64,000 nt of DNA from Barthelona sp. PAP020 (lineage: Eukaryota): the NCBI GenBank assembly GCA_040182905.1, contig JARQWU010000023.1, positions 1 to 64,000 on the forward strand, written 5' to 3'. Positions within the stretch are counted from its first letter, which is position 1. Every line of letters begins with the position of its first letter. Made by a program: the position numbers and the translations under genes. This document shows positions 1 through 10,719 of the stretch, in pieces. The notes under the pieces are model-generated. The model did no database searches and was not told the DNA's origin. It worked only from the letters and a program-made list of their open reading frames with translations.

Positions 1-96
1 TTTCAAAAAATGAAACAAGCTATTGAACAAGAATTAGAATTAACAAATGCGCTCTATGAGATTACGGGTATCACCGAATGTTTGGTGAATCAATAA
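1..96 (+). CDS. 3' end of an upstream gene (partial)
   Basis: Frame 1 is open from the window edge (FQKMKQAIEQELELTNALYEITGITECLVNQ) to TAA at 94-96, followed by AT-rich UTR-like sequence. Confidence 0.5.
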   Translation, partial: FQKMKQAIEQELELTNALYEITGITECLVNQ

Positions 97-463
97 ATAT
101 ATGTGGAAAATGAAGAAATTGAATAAATGTTTATTTTTTGTTTTTAAAATGAAAATGAAAGAACATTTGTAATAAATGCAGAAATTTCCACTCATTTTTC
201 TTTGAAAAATTTAATGTCTTATTTCAACTGAGAAGCCCATTTTGATTATTTTTATTTATTTCATTTATGACTGAAAAGGCTATTTCATAAGCAAAACAGA
301 ACATAAAACTGCAATAAAAAAGAGTTGTCTCTTTTGCATACAACAAATCTCACAAATAAATTTAGAACTAAATATATTAACATTATGATTGTTGATAGTA
401 AACTTTTTTTTTGAAAATTTAACACAGAAAAAAACTTTTTTTATTTCATTTTTCATTACTTTC

Positions 464-1132
464 ATGCAAAACGATAATGTTGATGAAATTGTTACAAATT
501 CAAAGTCATTAGATTTTTTGGATGATATTTTTGGTGGTGCAGACAATGAAAAAGATGATTCAAAAGAATCAGAACAATTGATTGGTAGGCCGAGTAGATT
601 GGGAATAGGAGCTTCTTTCATTTCCCATAAATCAACGTTTGATGTGATATCAATGAAGCAAAACAAATTAGTCAATGAAGAAATATCGAATTTACCTAAA
701 AAAAAAAAAGAACCTCTGACAGATTTTGAACATAAAAAAGAAGATATTGAAGACATTTCTGAAACGCCTGATAAAAAAAGTAAAGGAAAAAAAAAGAAAA
801 AAAGAAGCAAACAAAAAAATATTAAAAAAGATCAAAGACCATCAGAAATTCGTCCTGGTGGGAGTAAGTATGATGGAGACATTAATTTTAGAGAAAATAG
901 AGGACCAGGAAGACCTAATATTCCAGTTGCTGAAAAGACTGACGAACTTTATCCAAATAGAAAAGTTACTGTTGAAAAAAGCGTTTTGAAAAAAAATAAT
1001 TTAAAAAAAAGGAATTTTGAAAAAAAACATTTGAAAACCACACAAAATATTGATAGTGAGAAAAGTTTTAACGACACAGTGGAAGAACTCAAACAGAACA
1101 AACAATTTATGTTTAAAAATTTGGGGTTTTAA
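464..1132 (+). CDS. Hypothetical lysine-rich protein
   Basis: First ATG of the 389..1132 ORF is at 464; RPSRLGIGA and RSKQKNIKKDQRP segments; no confident family. Confidence 0.65.
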   Translation: MQNDNVDEIVTNSKSLDFLDDIFGGADNEKDDSKESEQLIGRPSRLGIGASFISHKSTFDVISMKQNKLVNEEISNLPKKKKEPLTDFEHKKEDIEDISETPDKKSKGKKKKKRSKQKNIKKDQRPSEIRPGGSKYDGDINFRENRGPGRPNIPVAEKTDELYPNRKVTVEKSVLKKNNLKKRNFEKKHLKTTQNIDSEKSFNDTVEELKQNKQFMFKNLGF

Positions 1133-1179
1133 TTGAATCAACATAAATCAATATATTTTTTTTTAATTTTAAAAAGAAA

Positions 1180-1581
1180 ATGTCAAGCCAATCACATAAC
1201 ATATCATACAATCCAAAGGTCTTATTGGGTAATTGGTACGAAGAACAAATTCAAACGAAAAGCAATGAAAAAGTTGGTACAAAACCAGGACATACTTGCC
1301 ATTTTGATGCTTCGACATTTAGTAATGAAATGCTTCCATCTGATAATTTTGTTACCACAGCTCAAAGTTCATTTGTTGCTCCATCAATGGGAAATAGATC
1401 TCCAAAGAAAAGATCAATGACTGAAATTAATGAGCGGACCAATATTTGGGCGAAAGTTCACAAAGGCGATGACAATGAGAGATTTTGTACAACAAATCAA
1501 GTCTTTTATAAAAAAAAAATAAAATCTATTCATAAATTATTTATTTGGGGTTTAATTTTTTCTTTTAAGCTACAATTTTAG
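1180..1581 (+). CDS. GNW-motif ciliary microtubule inner protein (CFAP68/CFAP107-like)
   Basis: YNPKVLLGNWYEE motif plus short TT..xxY repeats; true stop may be near 1522 (see A10 homopolymer finding). Confidence 0.6.
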   Translation: MSSQSHNISYNPKVLLGNWYEEQIQTKSNEKVGTKPGHTCHFDASTFSNEMLPSDNFVTTAQSSFVAPSMGNRSPKKRSMTEINERTNIWAKVHKGDDNERFCTTNQVFYKKKIKSIHKLFIWGLIFSFKLQF

Positions 1582-1990
1582 CCTGTTCATCAACAACAAA
1601 TTTTGTTAATAAAAATACTTTGACAAGGATTAAAACTGCATAAAATACACAAGATATAACTTCATCTTTTAAGAAATCTGAATAATTTGAAATGATCTCA
1701 GTACAAAATACTTCAAAAGTTTTGTTAACATACTTGTAATATAGAATGCTTAAACTTAAACACAAAAGAATTACTAAAAACCAATCTTTGGAAATAGTTT
1801 CTGCTATTAGCGACATGACTAAACAATATACATCAATTTTTCGGGCAAAATTTAAATAATTTGATAATTTAACGGGATGTTCAAATTCGTTTGAACAATC
1901 TATTAGGCTTAAAATAGAATTAACATGAACAAATAATACAATAATCCAAAGAGTAATAAAAATTAAGCCACTTGTTATGTGAAAAAACAT
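1565..1990 (-). CDS. CNIH: Cornichon/Erv14 family cargo receptor
   Basis: About 140 aa, hydrophobic helices, LIDCSNEFEHPVKLSNYLN resembles the cornichon DLExDyiNPxxxCxxLN motif; start taken at MFFHIT. Confidence 0.7.
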   Translation of the reverse strand: MFFHITSGLIFITLWIIVLFVHVNSILSLIDCSNEFEHPVKLSNYLNFARKIDVYCLVMSLIAETISKDWFLVILLCLSLSILYYKYVNKTFEVFCTEIISNYSDFLKDEVISCVFYAVLILVKVFLLTKFVVDEQAKIVA

Positions 1991-2028
1991 AGTGGTTTTT
2001 TTTAAACTGTTCTTTTTTTGCATTCTTC

Positions 2029-3402
2029 ATGCCACCCAACAATTTAAAATTGCCAACGAATATGAAAAAACCGAATTTATCAGGTTATCGAATGAATTTG
2101 CCACAATTTGGAAGAAGTGAAGAAGAAGATGAAGAATTGATAAATAAATTAAAAGAAAAATTGATCAAAAATCAATCTGTTGATAATATAATAAATCAAC
2201 AAAATAAAAATAGGAATGTTAATAAGAACGACGAGACTTTAAGATCAAAATCCAACTCTTCTAACCATAGAAAAGATGATAATTTAATGGCTATGATGAC
2301 AGGTCGTTTAAGATTGGTTGAAAGTCAATTGCAACAGAAGAATCAAGAAGTTGAAAGATTAAAGTTACAATTGAATGACGTTAAAAAACAAAGAGATGTA
2401 GCTTTATTACAATTAAAAACTGCCAATGATAAGAGTATGGGACAAAATGAAGCCATTCGAGAAATTAGCAAATTGAGAAAACAAATTTTAGAGATGGAAC
2501 ATTTTTTTTCAGATTATGGTTTAGTTTGGCTAGGGCAGCCGGATTCACCTGTTAAAAGTAAGGAGCAAAAAAATACCATTCATACTTTGCAGGATATTAA
2601 TGATGATAAAGGCAGTTTCAATAAAAATATGTGGGATTTACCTGAGTTACCATTTGCTCAATTTGAAAATACAGATGCTAAGCCAAATATTGAAGGCTTT
2701 ATTGCTGGATTGAATGGGTTATCAAAATTATGTGAGGAAATGCCCAATGAAGTCATTAATAAGAATGGAGTTCATCAATTAGTCAAAGGCAGACCAATTG
2801 GTATCAACATTTTTGAGGATGGATTTTCCGTTGAAAATCAGATCGTCAGAAAATGGAGTTCATCAGCCGCCAGGGCATTTTTAGCAGATATATTTGAAGG
2901 ATATTATCCCAAAGAATTTAAGGAAAGATTTCCGGATGGTGTTCAATTTGATATCACAGACAACTCATCTATTTCTTCAAAAGACTTTTTAAAGCAGAAG
3001 AAAGGAGATTTATTTTCAGGTCAAAGACCTTTATCTCCAAATTCTCTTGTTAATAAATTGCCTAAAACCAGAATTGTAAATGGTAAAACATATGAAGTAA
3101 AAGATGAAATAGCCACAATAATGGGATTACATGTTGTTAAACAAGCTCAAATGATTGAGACAAATCATTCTCCTGATAGTCAAGAAAGTTTGTGCTCAAT
3201 TAAGATCAGAACACCTACTGGACAAGTATTGGTCATCAAATTGTCGGCAGAAACAACTGTAGCTGTGCTTTTAGAATATGTCAAAGAAAGAGTGCCCCAA
3301 GTTTTAAGGTTACGAACCATTCAACAACCTTTGGATGATTTAAATATGTCCTTGGCAGAGGCAGGTCTGTTTCCAAGTGCAACTGTTTTTGTTGAACTTT
3401 AA
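2029..3402 (+). CDS. UBXN11: UBX domain protein 11 (coiled coil, SEP, UBX)
   Basis: MEHFFSDYGLVWLG, SEP-like FLADIFEGYYPKEFKERFPDGV, C-terminal UBX (IKIRTPTG...LAEAGLFPSA). Confidence 0.85.
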   Translation: MPPNNLKLPTNMKKPNLSGYRMNLPQFGRSEEEDEELINKLKEKLIKNQSVDNIINQQNKNRNVNKNDETLRSKSNSSNHRKDDNLMAMMTGRLRLVESQLQQKNQEVERLKLQLNDVKKQRDVALLQLKTANDKSMGQNEAIREISKLRKQILEMEHFFSDYGLVWLGQPDSPVKSKEQKNTIHTLQDINDDKGSFNKNMWDLPELPFAQFENTDAKPNIEGFIAGLNGLSKLCEEMPNEVINKNGVHQLVKGRPIGINIFEDGFSVENQIVRKWSSSAARAFLADIFEGYYPKEFKERFPDGVQFDITDNSSISSKDFLKQKKGDLFSGQRPLSPNSLVNKLPKTRIVNGKTYEVKDEIATIMGLHVVKQAQMIETNHSPDSQESLCSIKIRTPTGQVLVIKLSAETTVAVLLEYVKERVPQVLRLRTIQQPLDDLNMSLAEAGLFPSATVFVEL

Positions 3403-3968
3403 AGGTTTTTTTTTTTGGTTCTTACTTTGAACCATGGTTCTTTGCATGGATATAACCTTGAAAAGCTGAAGTTTTGAATTCAATTGCTGCTTTATTTTTG
3501 ATCATGTCTTCTTTTTTTGGCATCTGGTTATGATTTTTAATGTTTAATATTTATTTTCAATTTTTTTTTTCAATTAACAGGTTTGGTTGTTTCATGTTTG
3601 TATTATTTGTATAAAAGTTATTTATTTTTTATTTTTTCTTCTGTTTCGAAGTCAAGAAATAGTGTGCATAAAAATGAACAGGAGGGAAAGTCTTTCTTGA
3701 AATTTCATTCATTCATTCCTCAAACTGAAAATTACTAAAACTAACAAAAGTGATAGTTTTATAAAATTTAAGTGACAAATATGCGAAATTGAAACACATT
3801 AAAAGAAGAGAATATCTTATAATGATTCCAATGACAAAAATCCAAACATAAGGATGCCAAACATGAATTGTAATACTTTGAATTCATCATTGTCAAGATA
3901 ACTTGCTCACATCAGAAAATTTGACGAGTGTCAAGTTTTTTTCAAAAGGTAAAAGTAAAAACATCACA

Positions 3969-6536
3969 TCATTTGCAATGGGGTTGAAGAAGCTGTACAA
4001 TGTTGTGATAACCCTTGCTTCTGGCAATATCTATTGGTGACCATCTTTGTTTGAATTTTAGATTCACATTTGCTCTATGATCCAATAAACATTTAGCGAT
4101 GTTGAGATGACCATTTTGACAACAAAGATACAATGAAGAAGCCCCATCATTAGTGCATAAATTAATATCAGCGCCATGATCCAATAGATTTTTGACAAAA
4201 TCAAGATGACCTTCATGACAACTAATGTGTAACGGAGACCAACCATTATTCTTACACAAATTAGCATTTGCCCCATAATCTAACAGTATTCTGATAATAT
4301 CTATGTGACATTTTTCACAACTAACATACAATGGAGAAGTACCGTCATTCATGCACAAATTAACATCAGCTTCATGATCCAATAGCATTTTAACAACATC
4401 ATAATGGCCATAAAAACAACTAACATACAATGGAGAACCACCATCAATTGCAAATAAATTTACATCAGCACCACGATCCAAAAGCATTCTAACAACATCA
4501 ACATAACCGCCTCGACAACTGAAGTACAATGGAGAAACACCATCATTTCTGCACAAATTAACATCAGCACCATGGTCCAAGAGTATTTTGACAACAACCA
4601 GATGACCTCTCTGACAACTAATATTCAATGGAGAAGAACCATTAATATTGCATAAATTAACATCGGCGCCATGATTCAACAACATTTTGGCAACATCACG
4701 ATGATCATTTTCACAACTGACATACAATGCAGAAGTTCCATTATTCATACATAAATTAACATCAGCCCCAAAATCCAACAAAAACTCAACAACTTTGATA
4801 CACCCATCGAAAGCAGAACCCCAAAGCGATGTTCTTCCTTCCTTTCCCTGTTTGTTCACATCAACACCAGCTTTGATACACTGCTTAACAACCTCTAAAT
4901 TTCCATCACATGCAGCCCCATATATCTTCTTTGGCCTACCATTGTCTTCAAATCCATCTATATCAAACATATTTGGAACAATAACTTGATTAATTTTGTG
5001 CTTAACATAAGGGTCAACCTTGTAATATTCATGTTCTTCCATCACATTCAATATGTCCAATTCGTTGATAAGCACATCAAAATATTCGATGATCTCCGAA
5101 AAAGTGGGTCTTTTCTCAGGATTTGAATCAAAACATCTGGATAACAACTCATATCCAACAATTTGCTCAATATTCCTGAAAGGTTTCATTCCAGAACATA
5201 GCTTCAAATTGACCATATGATCAGGAACACCTTCAAAAGGAATATATCCCGTCATTACCTCAAAAAAAGTGACAGCAAACGCCCAGTAGTCAATGCCTGG
5301 ATGAACTACTGGATGTTCTTGAGTAAAAATTTCTGGTGGCATGTAGCGAACAGTGCCAAATTTAGACAAAACACTGTTTCTTTTAAACGAACGAATTAAA
5401 CCAAAATCACAGAGGGCAATTGTTCCATCATTTCGTATTAGCACATTTTTAGGTGTAACATCTCGATGAATAACACCTTTGTTGTGACAAAAATTTAATG
5501 CATCCGCTAATTGTAACATACATTCAAGCTTTTGCATGACTGTCATCGAATGCATTTCGTTGCTCAAACAAGAGGTACAATATTCCATTACACATCCCCA
5601 CTTACCATTTTTGCAAGTTAAACCATAAATATGACAAATATACTGATGAATAAATGTTGCCGCAATGCACTCACATGCTACTAACTCCTTCGTAGAATCA
5701 TACGGAAACTTGACAGCAACATCACCTCTTTGATACTTTCCTTTGTAAATTGTCGCATAACCACCTCGATTTATCTCTTCTAATGAACTTATTCTGTCAA
5801 AACTAATTTCGGGAATGTCAAACACTGAGTTGCTTTGCATGTCTTCAGTCTGCTGAAATCTGCTCAAAACCACTTTAATGTTGTTTTTATGTGATTCCGA
5901 TTCTATCTTTTCTATTAACAGCGACAATTTGTCATTTGTCTGGCTTTGCAACTGTTCCACCTTTCCAAAATTTTTGCGCATCTCTGTCATGATCTTTTCG
6001 TTTAATTGGGACAAATTGTCGGCAATTTTATCCAACATTTCATCAGGCATCCTATTTATACAACATGTTGTCAATATCACATTCAAGTCACCATTCAAAC
6101 TGTCAAATTTTCGGTGTAGTTCTTTAATCTTTTCTAGATCTCCACTTCCAAAAAAACAACTTCCAAAAAATCCACGATTCGTACTCTTTTCGATAATATT
6201 TTTGACTGATTCACAATTATCGTGAAATTGTATCAAGAGTTGTTTAAATTTGATATCGTTAGCAATACTTGCTTGTTTATCTAATATTTCTTCAAAATTT
6301 GAAGATAGCCATAATATTCTCAGAAATAGTACCTTTCCTTCTTCTTCTGCATCCTTATGGTCGATAAAACTTGAAGCAATGTGTATTGCAATATTCACAA
6401 TAGGTATTTCACAGCCAGATAAAAGGGAAAAGACAGAATTAAATTCAATCGCTTCAATAATCTGTCGGAAATCATTGAAATCATTCTTTACTGTTTCTAA
6501 CAGCAAATTTTGAAAATTTTTCACAACGTTGGACAT
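3969..6536 (-). CDS. MLKL-like N-terminal helical domain, TKL-type protein kinase and ankyrin repeats
   Basis: RGGYATIYKG, VAVK, HRDVTPKN, DFG, GTVRYMPPE; about 9-10 ankyrin repeats; ATG at 6536 (the track's start is TTG). Confidence 0.85.
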   Translation of the reverse strand: MSNVVKNFQNLLLETVKNDFNDFRQIIEAIEFNSVFSLLSGCEIPIVNIAIHIASSFIDHKDAEEEGKVLFLRILWLSSNFEEILDKQASIANDIKFKQLLIQFHDNCESVKNIIEKSTNRGFFGSCFFGSGDLEKIKELHRKFDSLNGDLNVILTTCCINRMPDEMLDKIADNLSQLNEKIMTEMRKNFGKVEQLQSQTNDKLSLLIEKIESESHKNNIKVVLSRFQQTEDMQSNSVFDIPEISFDRISSLEEINRGGYATIYKGKYQRGDVAVKFPYDSTKELVACECIAATFIHQYICHIYGLTCKNGKWGCVMEYCTSCLSNEMHSMTVMQKLECMLQLADALNFCHNKGVIHRDVTPKNVLIRNDGTIALCDFGLIRSFKRNSVLSKFGTVRYMPPEIFTQEHPVVHPGIDYWAFAVTFFEVMTGYIPFEGVPDHMVNLKLCSGMKPFRNIEQIVGYELLSRCFDSNPEKRPTFSEIIEYFDVLINELDILNVMEEHEYYKVDPYVKHKINQVIVPNMFDIDGFEDNGRPKKIYGAACDGNLEVVKQCIKAGVDVNKQGKEGRTSLWGSAFDGCIKVVEFLLDFGADVNLCMNNGTSALYVSCENDHRDVAKMLLNHGADVNLCNINGSSPLNISCQRGHLVVVKILLDHGADVNLCRNDGVSPLYFSCRGGYVDVVRMLLDRGADVNLFAIDGGSPLYVSCFYGHYDVVKMLLDHEADVNLCMNDGTSPLYVSCEKCHIDIIRILLDYGANANLCKNNGWSPLHISCHEGHLDFVKNLLDHGADINLCTNDGASSLYLCCQNGHLNIAKCLLDHRANVNLKFKQRWSPIDIARSKGYHNIVQLLQPHCK
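4060..4860 (-). repeat. 99-bp tandem ankyrin-coding repeat array
   Basis: aaattaacatc(a/g)gc recurs at 4357, 4555, 4654 and 4753, with variants at the intervening 99-bp positions. Confidence 0.9.
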
Positions 6537-6950
6537 GGAAGAATTGTTCAAAAAAAGCTGAAAAGACTGTTAGTTTTTTTTTTTTACAGAAACAATCAAG
6601 CGTCTTTTTTGAATAATTTGCCACCGGAATGAATTGAACTCATTCTTGGGACTGATGTGAAATATTTTTTTTGTGAAATGTCCATTTTTTTCAATTTAAT
6701 TAATTTGTTGTTTCATAAATGACAGCAAATTCTTTTTCTTTTGTTGAATAAAACATTAGCATGCATTGAAATTAGTCAAAATCATTCAAAAATATGAATT
6801 GATTTTCCTTTTAGAGATGAAATAAATTTTGGCCCATGTTTGTCTCTTTGAAAAAGAAACAATGATCATTATGATCATTACAAAAAAATTTATCATTACA
6901 AAAAGCCAATGGATAAAATAGTGAAATATTTAAAAAAAACAATGTAAAAA

Positions 6951-8546
6951 TCAAATATTTTCTGTAAACTGCAATTTTATCAATTCTTCACCACGTTTTA
7001 TGAAGGAGTTCATTTTTAAAAAGCGATTTTTTGACATTTCAGCAAGGAACATCTCACTCATTTGAAGGTAATTTTTAGAATAATCTACTTTTGAATATTT
7101 TTCAATATCTTGATTAATTAGAGTGATAGAACCGATTAATATTGGCTCAAACAATTGAAAAATAATTGGTATTTTTGAATTTCCAAATTTTTGAAATTTT
7201 TCCAAATTTTTCTTTGAAGAATCCTTTTTCAAGTAAAATTTCGCTGTGTATGCGATGGTTAACTTTAAAATTTGATTTAAATTGCTCAAAATCATTAAAG
7301 CATTTTTTAAAAGTCTTTCATAATCTCTAAAAGGATAGCCTTCTGATAAAATACCATTAATTCTATCAAAAATTTCCAAATTAAAAGTTTCAAAACACTT
7401 GCAGGCATGATTATGCCAAAAGTTGCAAAGCATTGAATTTTCTTTTAATTTTTCAAATTCTTCCTTCATAAGTGTAAAAGGATGATAACGATTGGTGTAC
7501 ATCATTAAATATGGATCATTTGAAACTTGTTCAAAACTTTGAAAAAAAATCACCAATTTTTTCATAGGTTGGACAAAATATCTGGCATTTTTTATACTAT
7601 AGCCATGAACAATATGATCCCTTAATTTTGGTCCATCTGGCGCTAAAAACAGGTCAAATATCATGGAATTAATAAATGAAGGAAGACTCTTTAAAAAAGA
7701 ATTCTTTTTACTTTCTCTCTTATTAATTATTGCCGCTCGATAATAAGTTGAAGGTGGTAATGTAAGGTCATCAATAAAATATGTACTAAACATTGATTCC
7801 AACGTTGGAAAATATAATTTCGGTTTGGCAAACAAATAATCAGTCATCTCGAGCATTTCAGATGTTGAATAATATTCACAGTATTTTGATCGAACAAATC
7901 CCTCCAATTTTACAATTTCACACAAAAGAAAATCTTCAACATTCTGAAAATCATCATCAAATTCACAAATTTCTTTGGAAATCAATGGTAAATTTATGAA
8001 AGTTCGTTCAATATTTTTATTAATGAAATCTTGTAATGTCAAAATTAACGAACATAACATTGCAGGAATCCAAGATTTTAAATTTTCATTTTCTTCAGGA
8101 TTTATGTAACCATGCATAATAACATTTCTTAAATTCAAAGGAAATGGATAAATAATGAACTTTATAATTTGTAAAAGGGTATTTGGTAAAAAATCTATAT
8201 TTTCAATAATTTCAGACAACATTAAGGTGGAATTAGAACTATTTAACATATATTCTAATTGTCTAAATGATAAAATTGAAGAAAATACATATTTCTTTTC
8301 AATAAAAAATCTGATATTTGGATTTTGTACATAAATTTCTTCTTTTAAATTACTAATTTTCGAAAATTCATGCCCAATCCTTTTAAATATGTCTGATATG
8401 TTATCCTGATCAACATTATCTAAATTATCAAGCTTAAGTTTTCCATTTTCCTCGTATATGTACATAAAATCACCTAATTCAACATTGGGTTCGACTTCAT
8501 TTTTGCCTATGAATATATCTTCATAATAATCTCCAAGAAAATACAT
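6951..8546 (-). CDS. ERMARD: ERMARD/DUF4209-like protein
   Basis: LNLRNVIMHGY and PDGPKLRDHIVHG match the two R-x4-H(G) motifs of the family. Confidence 0.7.
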   Translation of the reverse strand: MYFLGDYYEDIFIGKNEVEPNVELGDFMYIYEENGKLKLDNLDNVDQDNISDIFKRIGHEFSKISNLKEEIYVQNPNIRFFIEKKYVFSSILSFRQLEYMLNSSNSTLMLSEIIENIDFLPNTLLQIIKFIIYPFPLNLRNVIMHGYINPEENENLKSWIPAMLCSLILTLQDFINKNIERTFINLPLISKEICEFDDDFQNVEDFLLCEIVKLEGFVRSKYCEYYSTSEMLEMTDYLFAKPKLYFPTLESMFSTYFIDDLTLPPSTYYRAAIINKRESKKNSFLKSLPSFINSMIFDLFLAPDGPKLRDHIVHGYSIKNARYFVQPMKKLVIFFQSFEQVSNDPYLMMYTNRYHPFTLMKEEFEKLKENSMLCNFWHNHACKCFETFNLEIFDRINGILSEGYPFRDYERLLKNALMILSNLNQILKLTIAYTAKFYLKKDSSKKNLEKFQKFGNSKIPIIFQLFEPILIGSITLINQDIEKYSKVDYSKNYLQMSEMFLAEMSKNRFLKMNSFIKRGEELIKLQFTENI

Positions 8547-8578
8547 CTCAATTTTTTTTTTTCATTTACTATTTCCAA

Positions 8579-9000
8579 ATGAAATAATATTTCATATTTT
8601 TGATATATTTAGTTAGTTAATTGATTCTTGTTTCGAGTTTTGAATGTGAAAATGCTTTAGAAAAAATTCAATGTGCTTGTTTCATTCCCGAATTGAATTC
8701 ATTTTGTCAGCCTGTAAATTGTTAAAGGGACAATCATTATGACGCAAATTATACTGTTAGATCAGTGGTTACTTGTACTGGAGATGGAAATTTCTTATTG
8801 CCATCATATTGCTGGAAAGTCATCCAATACCTTATCAATATTTTTAGGAATCTTGGGTATTGATATATTTTATATGGGACATCCCACGATTAGATTTGTT
8901 GAAATGTTTTCTTTGGGGGATTTTGGGTTGGGATGGTTAGTTGATTTTTTTTTAATTGTTACAGAAATTTCAACCCTTTCTCATGGTTCTGTCTGACCAC
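8579..9000 (+). pseudogene. Degenerate TM2-domain gene
   Basis: From ATG 8579: signal-like peptide and Cys-rich ectodomain with in-frame TAA at 8585, 8618 and 8723; frameshift near 8820 into LSIFLGILGIDIFYMG...GWLVDFFLI (TM2). Confidence 0.75.
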
Positions 9001-9246
9001 ATACTGTCAGAGTAAATGTCAATAGAGTTAATCCAATATGTATAAAACCATATTTATTGTTTCAAGTTTTTTTTTTTTCAGGTTCCAGAATTTTTTTTTT
9101 TTTTGAAAAGAAATTTTATTCATTCATTGGAAAGCAGATTTTTTTCTTAAAATTGCCATTGATTTGAAAAAATTGCTTAAAAATATTCAAAGAGAGAGAG
9201 AAAAAAAAGGAAAAATTGAGATGTATATTATTTATTTTTGAGAAAG

Positions 9247-10440
9247 ATGGATGAAATTAAAAAATATGAGCGAATAATAAAAGTGATTAATGAAAATAAA
9301 ACGTATGCCGTAAATGAAACAAAAGTTGAGACTATTAAAGGACTTCTTTCAGAATTTATGTGGCAATGTGAATATTCACCACTTGGTGATTTTCTTGCTA
9401 TTCTTGATTGGGGTGGAAAAATATTTTTACTGAACGTTGCTGATCTTCAAGCATGTAACATTCAATTTTCTTTCTTTAATTCAACGTTTTTTGATTTAAA
9501 GTTTTCTTACAATGGAGAATTCTTGGCCACATGTACCGATTCTAAAAGGGTTTTAATTTTTGATATCAAAACCTGTGATCTCTTCCGAGAATTCAGAACA
9601 ACAAAAGATATGGTTTCTGTTGGTTTTTCTCTTTGTTCTAATTATATTTTTGGAGCTGGAGAAGATGGTTGTATTATGAAATGGGATATTAGGGAAAATA
9701 AACTTGTTTCAGATTTCCAATTTTTAGAAGATTTCATTCAAAAATTGATACTATCACCTGATGGAAAGTATTTTTTGGTTGTCAATATTACTTGCACAGT
9801 TTTTTTGATTGATGCTGATGATTATTCTATTCTTAAACGATTTGAGCATGATGGTGATATTTTTGACGCTGCTTTTCATCCAAAAAGTCATGAAATTGCA
9901 ATTTCAGACCGTACTGATAATGTTAAGATCTGGAGTTGTGAAAATGGTGAGTTGCTTCATTCATTTTGTGTTAATTCTGGGTTACAAAAGCTTCAATACA
10001 TTGGAAACAGTATTTTAAGTGGATTAACAAATGATGGATTTCTTTTGTTTTTCAGAAGAGGTGATTTTCACTTGAATCAAAAGGTTTATATTGGTTGTGA
10101 CGAAGATTTTTCTTCTTTTGCTATTTCAAATGATGAAACAAGTTTGATTTGTGGAAAATGCAATGATAATGAAATCAAGTGCTTTCAACTTGATTTTGAC
10201 CTGTCAAAACATGCGGAAATTATTGAATTATCTAAACCTGATGGTTTTGTCATATCGACCCTCATTTCAATGAACTTTTCAAATCAGACAATCAGACAGT
10301 TAATATCTTCTGGTATTCACATAAATCAACAGGAATATAATTTGGTGATTGATATGTCTTGGGATTTGGTTGATTTCAACGAAAACAATGGTGGTAACAT
10401 GCATGAATTTGTTACTGATCAAAATAATGATCACAATTAA
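9247..10440 (+). CDS. WD40-repeat protein
   Basis: Repeated FSxxGxxLA / WD / FHP units; ATG at 9247. Confidence 0.85.
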   Translation: MDEIKKYERIIKVINENKTYAVNETKVETIKGLLSEFMWQCEYSPLGDFLAILDWGGKIFLLNVADLQACNIQFSFFNSTFFDLKFSYNGEFLATCTDSKRVLIFDIKTCDLFREFRTTKDMVSVGFSLCSNYIFGAGEDGCIMKWDIRENKLVSDFQFLEDFIQKLILSPDGKYFLVVNITCTVFLIDADDYSILKRFEHDGDIFDAAFHPKSHEIAISDRTDNVKIWSCENGELLHSFCVNSGLQKLQYIGNSILSGLTNDGFLLFFRRGDFHLNQKVYIGCDEDFSSFAISNDETSLICGKCNDNEIKCFQLDFDLSKHAEIIELSKPDGFVISTLISMNFSNQTIRQLISSGIHINQQEYNLVIDMSWDLVDFNENNGGNMHEFVTDQNNDHN

Positions 10441-10719
10441 ATTGATGATAATCAGGAGAGTTTGTATTTGAAAGGTGTGCTCATATGTTGCTGTTTTATT
10501 TTAATTTTTTATTGATTTGACATAAAATTTGAATTTTAAAGGTGCAAAATGGTTATTTTTTTTTTTAATCAGCATTTCACAAAAAGTTATATTGGTTTTC
10601 AGATGGAGTGGAAAAAATGAAATTTTTGTTGTATTTTCACTTGTGTTTGGTCAAAGAAGGAAAATCATTGAATTTAGATTCAAAGGATAGACATTATCTT
10701 TCATAACAGAATTAATTTT

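Noticed and set aside
4060..4860. Regularly spaced repeats resembling a CRISPR array
   Set aside because: 99-bp in-frame ankyrin coding units in a eukaryotic gene; no unique spacers or cas genes
8579..8725. Three in-frame TAA codons as evidence of TAA-to-Gln recoding
   Set aside because: Many conserved genes here end in TAA and have no internal TAA; the locus also has a frameshift, so pseudogene is simpler
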